A stretch of 64,000 nucleotides of DNA from Isurus oxyrinchus (lineage: Eukaryota), in the NCBI GenBank assembly GCA_026770705.1, contig JANJGN010000053.1, forward strand, positions 2,046,001 through 2,110,000, given 5' to 3'. Positions within the stretch are counted from its first letter, which is position 1, and every line of letters starts with the position of its first letter. The translations under genes were made by a program, and so were the position numbers. Positions 40,398-53,154 of this stretch are shown here, piece after piece. A model generated the notes under the pieces. The model worked only from the letters and a program-made list of their open reading frames with translations. It did no database searches and was not told where the DNA came from.

Positions 40398-40569
40398 GCA
40401 ATCACATGTACACTGACAGGGAAAGTGATAAGCAAATCAAGGAAAAAATGAAGAATTTGGGTTAAAGAGACAGAGTATGGGATCAACTTTGAAGTTCCAG
40501 AGAGCTGATAGAGGCTTGATGGGGGACAGAATGTCGTCCCTACGTTTTGTAGTATTCGATGATCCTATT

Positions 40570-41070
40570 TTTGCAGCTGCCGGGAATTACCCTATTTTCT
40601 GATTTTTTCCAAAGCATTTGATAAAGTGCCACATCGACGACTTGTTTACAAAGTTTAAAAACATGCAGTTAAAGGAGGGATTACAGTGAGCCCTGGATAT
40701 TGCCTTAGTGACAGAAAGCAGAGAACAGTGGAGAATGGTTGTTTTTCGAGATTGCAACTACGTGTCCAGGGTATTCCCCAGGTTCAGTGTTGGCCTCAAT
40801 ATTCTGTTGACGTATTTTAATGCCGTGGAATTCTTCACACAGGGATCGTTACAAAGATTTCAGATTGCAGGAAACTCTTAACTGTTAAAATCAGTGAAAA
40901 GGAAAGTAACAGGTTTCAGGAGGGTTGAGGCTTACTGGTAAAATGGAAAGACATATGAACTATATAATTTAACATAAAGAAGCGTAAAGTAATCGATTTG
41001 TGTAGGAACGAGGAAGGAAGACAGCACAAACTAATGGGAAGCAATTTACTTCAGGTACAGGGACAGAGAG
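40570..41070 (+). mobile_element. CR1 RT fragment
   Basis: ttccaaagcatttgataaagtgccacat (FQKAFDKVPH-like) and an attccccaggttcagtgttgg QGSVLG remnant. Confidence 0.7.
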
Positions 41071-41319
41071 ACTTGGGGAGTGGTGGGGCTTTCTGTGTTG
41101 TCGGCTCGGAAAACACAGATCTGACCAATTCCCAGCTTTTGAAAACCTGTACCACCCTCCTAGCACGATGACTGCCACATTTCATTCTCAGAGAGACGTG
41201 GAGGGATAAGGATGGGATTTCCGACTCCCGTTTGGGTGTGGGCACGGGATTGGTCCCAGGAGAACTCGGATGTGGATATTCGAATTTTTTCGTGGGATGT
41301 GACTTTCGCTCGAAATCCT

Positions 41320-41750
41320 ACATTTGTTGTCCTTCGGTAATTGTCGTTGAACTGAGTGGCTTACCAAGCCATTTCACAGGTCACCTAAGATTCATCCACA
41401 TTGCCCGGGGTGTGGAGTCACTTATAATCCACAACAGGCATAGGGGGCATACTTCGTTCCTTAAAAGAGATTTGTGTACCGATGGGTTTTTACAACAATT
41501 GATGATAGTCTCGTGGAGCCATTATTGAGGCTAGTTCTGAATTCCAACCTCTCGGAAAAAGAGTTATACAGTCTCTGGAAGTTAATCCTGTTTCTCTCTC
41601 CACAGATGTTGACAGGCATGCTGAGGTCTCCCACATTTTCAGTTTTCATTTCAATTCAAGATTTATTAACTGAATTTTATTTGCACCAAGTGCTATGGTT
41701 GGATGTAAACCAATGTCCCCGGGGCATGAGCCTGCGCTTCCGGGTTCTGT
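41320..41750 (-). mobile_element. tRNA-derived SINE with a small nested insertion
   Basis: Reverse complement of the SINE head/body at 24570-24860, here ending ...ccactcagttcaa plus a tail instead of continuing into EN. Confidence 0.65.
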
Positions 41751-42409
41751 GTCTCCAGTTGAAGGATTCTGATCTTTGCAGTGTGAGAACTTACTGTTCA
41801 TGTCACTGATGACCGAAGCATTGTTGCCCTGTAAGAAGTCACCTATTAAGAACATTTTGCTTGGTGTACTCTTTAGCAATTGTTGTGCCCACTGTTCAAT
41901 TCCAATGTTGTCCATCCATTCTATCCTCTGTATACGCTGTTGTAACAATAGTTTAATTCTTGTCCTTAAAGTACACAGACTTTTTAAAAAAAAGCATTAT
42001 GTTTCAGCTTGCACAGATCTGTTTGTGACCACAGGAGAAAATTCCAACTGATTCATTCCTCAATCACAGCTCAGAACCACTAACACCCACGACACCTATC
42101 TAAATCTATTCCCCTTCAGACGAGGCAGCACGCTGAACACTCCCACCTTTATCCCCAGAAAGACCACAAGCCAGTTCAGGAAAGCTGCTCGAGGGCCACG
42201 AGAACTGATCTGTATTGGTGACGTGGGACTCGGCAAGTCGGCCTGCCACTTGTCAGGCAATGCTGAGGCCAAAGAGCCTGTGCCATGAAAACCGTTTTGC
42301 CATATTGCACATAAATAGCAGCAACTCTCCTCACTAACAGTACATCCCATTAGGCTAATGACGGGGATACACTGAGTACCTCACATCTTGAGTCATGTAC
42401 TACTCCAGA

Positions 42410-44250
42410 ATGGCAGACCGAGGAATAAGCCAGGAGTCTCAGGAAGAAGCAGCACCCCCGTCAAAGAGCACGGACGGGACATTCTCCTGACTGTGGTAGG
42501 CACACACACACAGAGATATCCAGTTCCCTGATGGATCCAGGTTTCCTCCAGCCACAACAAGTGGATCGTGGGTGAAGATAGTGGACTTCATCAGCTACAC
42601 TAGGGACCACCGGAGAAATTTGCTACCGTGTCCGAACAACTTCTTTGAACTTTTGCACTTTGTTTAGGTGCAGAAGGTGCCCCTACTAGGCATAAAGCCT
42701 TTTATTGCTGCATCGAGCTTGTCGGTATTAGTGCGGCTACATTGTACCTGTTGTTCAGCAGCAGTAAAGGAGCCTGCGCCCATGGCAAAGGTGAAGCAAA
42801 CAATATCAACGATAAAGAATGGCAATGAGGATAATGAACTTTAAACCGCTCGTAGCAATCTCCAATCAAATTGACTCGATGAGACAGCACATCACTGTCC
42901 TTCTTGTCCCTGAAGGGTAAGAGGACGATGAATGCACAAGGGTACAGATGGCCGCGGGTAGGACGTAAAATATTCGTGTTGTTCAACCTGTGGTGGAGAG
43001 TACAATGCACATTTCCAGAATACCATCCAGGGAAGTCATCAGGGTGACACTGAGTTCTCCCTCTCAGTTTCACATGGCCCGAATATTGATGAAGTTGTAC
43101 AGGTGGTGATGTGGAGTATTGGGTGCGTTCTTGGTAGGAGGGGGGAAATGGAGGGCTGAGATTTGGGTTTGGCAGCTCGGTTGGGAATGGTAATTTGTTG
43201 CTCCAAGATTTTGTAGTGTTTAGCCAGGGAGACATGAATGACATCAACCGAGTACAGATTAATGTGTGGAAGGACGTTACTAAGCAAATCGACGTTCTGC
43301 ATGACCTCATCTAATGAATGCCTTACATTTCTCTCACAGATACCAGAGTTGCTACTTGACCCCTGGAGAGGATTCAGGACTCGGACACGAGGAAGAGGAA
43401 GACTTGTCCAAGGAAGCAATATAATCACCATTATACTCAATTTCCCAAGCCTAGAGACTCACTTTCCATTGGGTACTCGTGTGGAATAAAAATGGGGAGA
43501 ACTGGGTGATGAGCAGATCACTGCAGTACAGGAGGAGGTATTAATGGTGCAGGTTTTTGTTCAAATTTCCGCTGCAGGGGGAAGGGCAGAAAGAGGGATG
43601 CACAGCGATACAGCCAGACTGAACCTCCGGAGTCTCAGTTTGGGATTCTGTGCTCAGACAGACAACAGCAGTTGTGGCCATTGAACTGCATTGCCTGAGA
43701 CATTGAGAGCTCATGCACTATGATTGAAGGAGTCCATGGCTACAGTGACCTCGCCCCATCTCTGTTGAGGAACATATGAGGAGCAGTCAAGAGAGTTTCC
43801 GACCTCATTGCGAGCTCATGCAGCAGCAGTGAGACCTCATTCTGTGGCACTAGCTCCGTTGCAGTAATGGGAGAGGAGCCCATGAGCCTGAACATGACTT
43901 TCACATGGGGGTCAGATCGCTGTCTCCAGAGGATGGCAGCTGTGCCCCAGGCTTTGGAAAGCAACTGCAAGGGCTGAGCAGTGCCAACAGGAGCGTGTGG
44001 GATTGATGAATGTTATGTAAATGCCCGCCCTTCTGATTCCTCGCCCCTTGAGTTTGGAATACCATATGATTCATGGGTCCAAGTGAGAGTGGTGGCCCCT
44101 ACACTGATGCAGGAAGTGCAGCCACAGGGAGGGTGCCAACGGGTTCCTGAACGACGAGGTTGATAACCATGATCCACACAGCCATTTAGCCAGATAGGTG
44201 AACATTCAGTCTCCACCTCCTCTGAAGGAACAGGAGGAATATTACATGTA
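42410..44250 (+). mobile_element. Decayed Myb/SANT-like accessory gene of a PIF/Harbinger transposon
   Basis: Near 42440-42600, across frameshifts: EEAAPP...ILLTVV...RDIQFP-DGSRFPPATTSGSWVKIVDFIS, resembling the Myb/SANT-like domain of Harbinger accessory proteins. Acidic segments follow downstream. Confidence 0.45.
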
Positions 44251-44283
44251 TTGTTGCAACTGAGAGGTGTATTGTGAAGTGAA

Positions 44284-44580
44284 TGAGAAGCATTCTGGGA
44301 GACCCAGCACAGTCTTCTCAATTCAGGGAGTTGAGGAAACGGACCCTTGCGCTCAATAGGAGGAATAGCATCCAACAGAGTTCGATAGCGAGAAGAGGCT
44401 TAGAAGGATTCTGACATAAGTCAGCACAGTCACTGCAACTCAGCAGGGGATCGACGAGAAGGACCGTTGCACTCAGCAGGAGGAATAGCATCCAACAGAG
44501 GGCGTAGTGAGAAGTTACTGAGATGCATTCTGGGACAAGTCAGTGCAGTCAGTGCAACTCAGAAGGGTGTGAAGGAGGGC
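44284..44580. repeat. ~120-bp tandem repeat, about 2.5 copies
   Basis: ggaggaatagcatccaacagag occurs twice, and a cattctg...cagcacagtc...actcag block occurs three times. Confidence 0.75.
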
Positions 44581-44819
44581 CCACTGTAGTGTTTCGATCC
44601 CTCCCTCCTCCTCAAATGAAAAGAAAAGAGGGAGAGGCCGTACCTTCAGTAGTGCACCAGACCTGCAAGGGACACTCTTCTGAAAGTGGATTTTTATAAA
44701 AGCAGCTGATCGGTGAGTAAATCCTGGTGAGTATTTTTTAATCTATTAAAGTAATTTAATGCTTTATACTGAGTTTGGAGCTAAATGAAAAGTAGAGAGT
44801 AGTACTGTACTTCCACAGA

Positions 44820-45170
44820 AAGAATGCAGTGAAAGTGCTCCAGCCTGATTCCTGGGATTGCAAGAGTAGATATTTGGTCGACCAGACTTGTATTCACTGG
44901 AGTTCAGAAAAGTGATTGGGGACCTCATTGAAAAGTACAAAGTTCTGTGATGGCTGAACAGACTGGATTCAGAGAAGATGTATACTCTGGGTGGAGGGTC
45001 AGGAACAAAGGGGCACCATCTCAAGATACGGGGTGTGCACTTTTGGACTCAGCTGAGCAAAAACATCTTCACTCAAAGGCTGGAGAACCTGTGGACTGCT
45101 CTACCACAGAAGGCTGAGAAGACCAAGTCTCTGAAAATATTTAAGAAGGGAATGCATTGATTTCTAGGCT
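44820..45170 (+). mobile_element. CR1 3' fragment
   Basis: SGTKGHHLKIRG...FTQRLENLWTALPQKA. Confidence 0.75.
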
Positions 45171-45184
45171 TCTAGTCAGTATTC

Positions 45185-46000
45185 TGCACGTAATGTCCTC
45201 GGGGCCCAGTGGGAAAAGAAGATCGTGGATCCTGCTGGATGCTGCCCTGAGCAGACTTTCAAAGCCTTTTGGCAGAACACCTCAATGCCAGAAACTGCAA
45301 ACTATCATCAAGGCTTTGTCTGGCTGATGATGGTAAAGCCCTCACCGTCAGACCTTTGTTGCATGTATAGAGACTACATCTTCTGCACGTTGCCTTCGGG
45401 GTGGCTGTGATGGAGAAGAGACCAATGTCCGTCTCTTTATGGAATTTTCCTTTAGAAAGAGAGATTCCCTGATTTTTGTCGAGGTTCACCTCGAGCAACT
45501 CATGACGCAGCACTCTGTGCTCTACGAGCTGTTCCCATGGTCAGACAAGGAGACAAGCAACAACAGCTGCAGGCGTATGATAAACTCGGTGAAACACGCT
45601 CTTTTGCCTGCCCGGAACTTGTTGGTTTTCCAGTTCAGTTCGTTGTCCATGACGGAATGTAGCAGGCTGGCACATTCCCATGCTGATAAATATATGCCGA
45701 GGGATGCACTGAAGCTTGGGGTAGACTGCACAGAGGAGCAATGCGGGTAGGTCGCTGTCTAGGTCCTTTGAAAGTACACGGAGAGGGTGGAAACTGTGTA
45801 AAACTTCTGGGACTGCATGCCTGACGGGGAGTATATATTGCAAGCATCAACACTAGTGTGTTTGTGTTGAGGCAATACAGAGTCGGACATACTGTATGGA
45901 GAGAAAAATAAATTCTATTGCAACATCTGTAATATTCAAATTTTAAAAAATGCAACTCACTTTTACACATGTTATGAATGAAGTATTTTGAAAAATAAAA
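45185..46000 (+). mobile_element. Tx1/L1-clade non-LTR retrotransposon 3' end
   Basis: ORF 45439-45750 SVLYELFP...INSVKHALLPARNLLVFQ...TECSRLAHS...RDALKLG resembles a Tx1 ORF2 C-terminus; A-rich end near 45990. Confidence 0.7.
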
Positions 46001-46519
46001 GGAAGAAAACCTGTATAATCCAATGTTTCATACGTTATAGGAAGCTATTCTAACTTAAACTTTATATATACAAAGTTGAAGTAATGCCATTATAAGGAGA
46101 AACAAACTTAAGTGTACCTACTCCGTGATTCTGGTAATTATTTTGACTGGTAACTGAGTAAAGCTGCTCAAGTTAACTGTTTCTCTGGTATGTGTAAAAT
46201 GTCTCATTATTGAATTTAGACACAGATTAGCACGTGTTTCATGACAATGTTATACCTTTCTGTTTTTTTTATAAGATGTTGTATTCTGCTAAGCTGCCCA
46301 CTGTCGTTTAAAGGTTCATTGCAATATAATTCTAGGTCATGGGCTGAATGTGAGATGTTTGTAATTTTATCAAGTTTGCAGTTTACTGCAAGAAAAACAG
46401 AACATGCTGGAAAAACTCAGCGGTCCAGCAGCAGATGAGGAGGGAGATACATGGTTAAACTTTTGCTTCCTTATGACCCTCTGTGGAACCTTCAGGCTCT
46501 TTTACAGTTCACTGAATAA

Positions 46520-46740
46520 GTTTCAAAACAGTCTAAACATGAGTGGCAGATGTGAACAGCCTCCTCCTCAGAACATTGCGCTTATGTGCGATTATCCATC
46601 CGTGTAGATATGGGGTTTGCACGAACATGGGAGCCGGGTCCGGCTCATTTTGAATAAACAAGTTGTGGAAATTGTAAAAGTAACAGGCGCAGGCATGATG
46701 GAACCTCTCGTGTTTGTCACAGACCAATTGCACATTCGAA
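46520..46740 (-). mobile_element. Harbinger (HARBI1-like, DDE_Tnp_4) transposase fragment fused to a LINE fragment
   Basis: NVQLVCDKH...LHGWIIAHKRNVLRRRLFT; the adjacent 46740-46920 reads HKKQDKSNP (LINE). Confidence 0.65.
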
Positions 46741-47289
46741 ACCGCACATTCCATCACTGTGCTGATTATTGGGAGATGGTGGACGGTGTGGTAATTGGAT
46801 TGGATTTGTCTTGCTTTTTGTGTATGCAACAAATCTTGGTAATTTCCCACATTGATGGGCAGATATCAGTATTGGATCTGCAATGGTTTTTTATTCTGCA
46901 TTTATGCAGTGCAGATGTCACTGGCCAGGAGTTTGATGGCAATCCATAATTTTCATTTAAAGGCAATTTCAGGCAATATTCAAGTGTCAACCACAATGTT
47001 CTTGATCTTGAGCCACATGTACGTCAGGCCAGGTAAGGGCAGCAGATTTCATTCCCTTAAAGACATTCATGAACGTATGGCAATTAACATTGGTCTCACT
47101 GGATTATTTCCGTGTGCACTGAACATTAGCCTAGAACTCTGAAAGCAGCGACATTAGCCTCCCACAGCCAGTGGGATACTGTGTACAGCCAGTCCCCAAA
47201 GAGGAAAAACTAAGGAAAGCCAGACTGATGTTATTTCCAGGGAATTGACAAGGATCGACTGTCAGACTCAGCAAGATGAGGTACAGGGG

Positions 47290-47950
47290 CATGAATCGCA
47301 AATGTTAGTATGCAGGCGCTGCAAGTAATTAGGATAGCTAATAGAACGTTAACATTTATTGGGAAGGGAATTTAATACAAAAGTAGGTAGTTTATGCACC
47401 AAAGCGACTTCATCAGGGTTACTGTGTACGTTATTAGTCACCTGTTTTAAGGAAGGATGTAAATGCATTGGAAGCAGTTCAGGGAAGTTTTAGCAGACAA
47501 GTAGCTGATATGGAAGCGTTTGCGGATGAGCAAAGATTGGACAGGAAAGGAGAGTTTTGAAGAGTAATACGTGACTTCCTGGGAGCACATAACATCCTGA
47601 GGGTTCTTGACAAGGTGGATGTGGAGAGGATGTTTCCTCTCAGCGTAGCATCTCGAACTCGGTGTAATTGTTTAAAATAAGGGGTCGCCCAATTAAAACC
47701 GAGACCATGCGAAACATATATATTATTTCATAGAAGCTCTTCAGTCTTTGGAACTCTCGTCCTGTAAAGGTCGTGGAAGCAGATTATTTGAGAAATTTTA
47801 GGGGAGTTGTGGTTACATTCTTTGTAAGCAAATCGGTTATAGTTTTCCAGGGATGCAGATTTCAGGTTAGTATCATGTTAGCCATGTTATTAAATGCCGG
47901 AGCAGGCTGGGGGGAGGGGGGTGCGAATGGCCTACTAATGTTCCATGTTT
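47290..47950 (+). mobile_element. CR1 3' fragment
   Basis: RT C-terminal remnants and the CR1 tail gaatggcctact. Confidence 0.75.
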
Positions 47951-48478
47951 GTAATTCTCTGTGGAAGCACCATGTAGGAGCAATAGGCAAGTCGGGCGAT
48001 CGCACCGGGCAGGGACTAAATGAATATGCAAGGGTAAAGACTTCAGTTTTGTATAGTGTAATCAGATTTCTTATTGGATAAAAATGTAAATCAAAACGCT
48101 TTCGGCCTTGGTTTTTATTACATGATGGTGGCCAAGGTGAAGCTATGATGAGACATGTCATATGCCTGGAGAAATGGAGAATGGGGAATGAATGTTTGTA
48201 AAGGATAATTACCCATTTGGTAAAGTAGCAGACACTCTCCGACTGCATGCCCAGGTCGAAGGCATCCAGGAACTATCCTCCCTGCTTCCTGCTCCGCCAC
48301 CTGAGCTGTCCTCTGGATTCCTTCTGACAATGCGTTCATGATGGTGATGATATTATGGTTGTAACAGGGCACCATGGAATTGGACACTTGCTCCAACATA
48401 TCTTTGGAGGTTCACTCCGAGCGTTTTAGAAATCAGGAACGTTGCTTCCTCATATGGATGATCTGCTCTACGACGTTT

Positions 48479-49300
48479 CTAGTGACTCCATTTCTTCTTG
48501 TGTACATGTGCTACGTTCACGAGCTGTTTTGACGTTTGGCATGGTGAGGTGGAGGGTGTTTTGAGCTCTGTATCGATTGGGCAGCCTTCATCTCCTAGAA
48601 GATACGGCCTGGTTCTCCTTGGAGATACAAAGATGGTGGGAATGGCTGAATGTTTCAGAATGAAGGCATTTTGACTGCCTCCATGATTTTGGGCATTCAC
48701 CAACAGGGTTTAATGTGCATGGCTGCACATAAACCGTACATTATGGCAGCCCACCACCACCAACTCAAGGGCAACTAACCGGTGATGCCCACGTCTGTGA
48801 AAGAATATATAAGAAAACATAATCCTTCTTGGAGTGAGAGTCGCATTTTTCCCCATTGTCACGGGGGCCGAGCAACACCATATACACCATCGCAAATCCC
48901 ACTATGCTGGCAGAACTACTCTACCTCTCATCCCCCCTCTCTCTGCCCTGGAAGATTACAATGTATTCACCTCACCCTGCATCGGTGGTCTCCTTCCCCT
49001 AGTGGATTAATCGATGGACAGCATACTGGGAGTTGATGGATATGTCACCCGCTGTGTTCTGCAATGATCCAGGTCCATAGAAGTTAAGTAGAACTGTGAG
49101 CATAACGGCCACTGACATCATCACCCTCAACTTGGTGTGAGGCTCTATGTTGCGTTGGAGGAAAACAGCACTCTGACCACCTCACCATTGAATCAGAGTC
49201 ACCTCACACGCTACCCCTGGACTAGGCATATGTTGGTAATCTGCTCTTGGAAAACGTGGGATGGATAGGGCAGAGCCACCTCCTCCTCCTGCTTGACAGC
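48479..49300 (-). mobile_element. Harbinger transposase pseudogene
   Basis: VAVMLTVLLNFYGPGSLQNTAGDISINSQYAVHR (N-terminal) and VNAQNHGGSQNAFILKHSAIP...LLGDEGCP (catalytic core); interrupted by a LINE-tail fragment at ~48720-48810. Confidence 0.8.
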
Positions 49301-49779
49301 TCCTCTGCAGCCTATACTTCACTTGTTGGTCATGTAACAAACATAGATACAAAGTAACTATAGTCCACATACCTGGTCCAGAATGGGTTCAACAATCCAA
49401 CCTCCTAATGTATACAGCACGTCCAAGAAACCGTCCAAAGCATCTGCACTAATTTTCCAATCACATAATTGAATTAATTAGGGCAAGGGAGTAATTTGCA
49501 GGATGTTCGGAATGGATAGATGGATACAATTGATTTGAAGTTTGAGACAATGAAGAGTTTCAATCACAGAAATGAGATTATTAAACTTAAGAAGCTGCCA
49601 GACCCTTAATGTAGGTCAGTTATTACAGGGATTATGGATGAACGGGCTTTAGTGTGAGCTAAGAGAAGCACAGCATAGCTTTGGAGGAGCTGAAGTCTAT
49701 GAAGGTCTCAAACAGGAACTGTGTGGCCAGGTTCAAAATGTAATACTCGATGCTGGATTGACCAAATATACAGATGAGC

Positions 49780-52430
49780 GGCAATTCAGCAGCCGAGCTG
49801 AGCTGAGGTGTTGATGTGTGATATTGCTATGGAGCTAGCTAAAACTATTTTCTGAACTTGAGCAGAGCTGAGAGTATATGCACAGCGCTCTCTGAGTGCT
49901 ACTTCAGTGTACTGACTGTGAAGAGACAAGTTTGGTGAGGGTCTGAGATCAGTTAAGGCGGAAGTATCAATAAATTCAGGAAAAAATAACACAATTAAGA
50001 TGGCAGGAAGCTAAATTCGTCTCTACTGCAGCATGTCGGCATTCTTGGAGCTCATTGCAATCTATTACACCACATTGGCAGTAAGTGTCTGCGGCTTGAG
50101 CAGCTTTGGTTCAGGTTAAATTGAGGCGATCAGCATTTTGACACAGCAGGGAAGTGGGAGTTACGTGGACACTTTACTCAAGAAAGCAGTGTGTCTCAGG
50201 TCATCATTTGGTCAGGGACTGGAAGTTGTGACTGCAAGCCAGGCAGGTAATGGGATTAGGAAGCTAGGAGCGAAGGAGCATCAGCCCATAACATTGAGCA
50301 AGAAGTTTTTGTTTTTTTTACAACTTGTATGGACAAGAGTGAGGGCTGTATTATGGACGAGCAGACTGACCATGTGCCATGATACACGAAGCTATCCAAG
50401 TGAGGGGAGCTAAAAGGAATGCAGTCCTTGTAGAGAACAGTATAGTCAGGAGGAAAGGTACTGTTCTCTGCAACCAAGAACGAGGGTCCAGTGGTCTGTG
50501 TTGCCCACCCTGTGCTAGGATTTGTGATATTGCGTTGGGTTAGAGAGAAACTTGTAATGGTCTTTGTATGTACCAATGGCATAGGTAAGTGGTTGTGCAT
50601 TGGGAATTTGAGGAGCTCAGTTCCAAATTTTAAATCAAGCAGAACATCAAATGCAATAATTATGCATTATTGTCTGAACTATGTGCAAATTGCATAGGGC
50701 TAAATATGATGAGAAGATGAATGTGTGCTTCAAAGGCTGGTGAGAGAAGTGGTTTCCGGTTTGCTGGGCACTAGCAACAGTATTCGGGAATAAAGGGGGC
50801 TGTACCTTTAGGGTAAGCTTCGCCTGAACTGTGCCGGGGCCAATATTCTGGCGAACAGTATAATTCAGCAAGTAGAGGGGGCTTTAAACTACATAAAGTG
50901 ATGAAGTGGTCATGTCGGGGAAGTTAACCAAATTGAAGTGAGCTGACAAGGCAACTGATCAGATAGCATTAAAGTTATTGGTAATTAGAGTATCGCAGGA
51001 AGGGAAAGTGATTATTAACTTAAGAAAGGGGCAGGTTTTAGAATAATATTTAAAATAATTAATTAAGGGCTCCGTATCAGATTGATTGCAGCATCCTCAA
51101 TATAACAGTGGAAAGTAGCAAACGTATGAAAGAGGGGAGAGCAAAAACAACAAACTACTTTTGAGAATAACATTAGTAGCAGGGAAAATGCTATAATCTA
51201 TTATAAAGTATGCGATAACAGGACAAATAGAGTTTTGCATGATTTGGAAGAATTCACATGGATTTTTGAAAGGGAAATTATTCTTAACAGACCTGTTGGT
51301 GTTTCTCTGAGTCTATAGCTAGCGGAATAGATATAGGGGTGAGCGATGAATGTTCTACATTTGGGTTTTTAGAAAGCTTTTTGTGACACCACACACGAGG
51401 TCAGTAAACATGCTTAGAGCACATGGGATTCTGGTTAATATGCTGGCATGGATTGTGAACTTATTAACAGGCAGAAATCGGAGAGTATGAATAAATGGGT
51501 CAGCTCCAGGTTGGCAGGCAGTGACTAGCAGGTACTGCAAAGATCAGTGTGTTGGCCCCAGCTATTCACAATATATATCGATGATTTAATTGTGTGTTTT
51601 GAATGTAATATTTACAACTGTGCTGATCATGGAAAACTAGGTGGAAGTGTGAGTTGTGAGGAGGAGACAAATGTGCATCAAAGATATTTGGAGAGGCTAA
51701 ACGTGTAGGTAAAAAAAAAACAATGCAAATGTACTACAAGGTGGAGAAATATTATATTATCCACTTTGGTTGAAAAAAAAACAGAAATGCAAATCATTCC
51801 TTAACTGGTAAGAGGATGGACAGCGTTGGATATCAAAGGGACTTAGGGTACAATCTGCAGCTGCAGCCCCCGTAATCAATGAAGAGGGGTCATGGCATAC
51901 TGGAATTCATTACAAGGGGAATTCAGCATAGAGGTAAAGATATCTTACAGCAATGATATAGAGCCTTGGTGAAACAATACCTAGTTTATTGTTTGCAGCT
52001 TTGTTTTCTGCACCTGAAAAAAAGTATGCTTGCTATAGAGGGAGTGTAACATTGTTTCCACAAACCAATTCCTGGGATGTAGGAATTCTCTAATGAGGAA
52101 AGGTGAAATATCTTGGAATTCAATCCTCTTGCTCAACAGTGGAGGTGCAGGAAGGATGTTTCCCCTGGCTGGGTGTTCCAGAGCCAGGAAACATAAGCAC
52201 ATGAAAACAAATGAGGCAACTATTTAGGGCTGAGATGAAGAGGACTTTCTTCACTCAGAGAGGGTGATTCTTTGGAATTGTCTACCCCACGTGGCTGTTG
52301 AGGCCCAGATGCTGACCATGTCGAAGAATGGAATCGATAGATTTCAAAAATTAAAATTGTCAAGGGATACAGGGTTGCGCAGGAAAATGGTTTTGAACTA
52401 GAGGATCGGCCATGGCCTACACCTATTCGT
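49780..52430 (+). mobile_element. CR1 LINE with ORF1 remnants and a large ORF2 internal deletion
   Basis: ORF1 start atggcagga near 50000, esterase remnant MVCVAHP...VCTNGIGK, RT remnants 51150-52300, and a 3' tail. Confidence 0.75.
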
Positions 52431-52703
52431 GTTTCTTACATTCTTAAATGATGGAAGTGGTAGTGGACATTTCAGGGAAGGAGATAATATGGGGTTGCAG
52501 TTCAGCTCAGTGTGGAATGGAGCATGGAACTGCATCAGATATCAGCCGGGGGTGGGGCGTGAGCGTGTGGAGATTGGATATGGGACCGATTTAGTGACTG
52601 GAACCGAACAGAATGGTTTCAACCTCTCGAAAAGTTAAATGGCAAAGAGATTACTGCAGTTCAACATTGTTTATAGAATAATTAATTCGATAAAGGATCT
52701 TAC

Positions 52704-53154
52704 GCGGGACACCAAGAATTGCCAGGATGGGATAGTAACCTGCTTGAATAACAATAAGCGTGCATTCGATCTGCGATGCTAAAGGCATCCAATCTAGTGT
52801 AAGCCAGTAAAGACTCTGGGATAAACCTCTGCCCTTTGTTGAAGCATTCCAATCTATTTTCCTCATATTCAGATCCATTGCAGGAACATTCAAATCTATT
52901 GCTCTGAAATTCTCATCCATTGTTGTAACATTCCTGTCTATTGTTTTGAGGTTCGGATCCATTTTTGTATAATTATCATTTAAAGTTCTCAGATACTGGT
53001 CACTCCGCTCCCTCTCTCTGGAGGTGCTAATGCCTGTTCGAGTCGGAGGTGATGCTCCTGCTGAAAGAATTGGCGAAAGCATTGAAAGGAATCTCTTATT
53101 ATTAGAAGAGGGAAAGCCTCCAGCGACACAGTTAGGATCCATTGAGACTGGCAT
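52704..53154 (-). CDS. Exon 1 of a long-N-terminus GPR139-like GPCR (open frame; the true start may be an internal Met such as 52962)
   Basis: 150 codons ending IQAGYYPILAILGVP plus one base (C), then GTAAG (52703-52699). Phase-compatible with the exon at 38230 (GVP-L-NVITIVIL). Heptad repeats carry N-X-S/T sequons. Confidence 0.8.

Noticed and set aside
38869-40486. His/Thr-rich and Cys/Val-rich ORFs
   Set aside because: Artefacts of CA repeats and the N gap.
42702-43310. 202-aa minus-strand ORF
   Set aside because: No recognisable domain; antisense to a probable Harbinger accessory-gene remnant.
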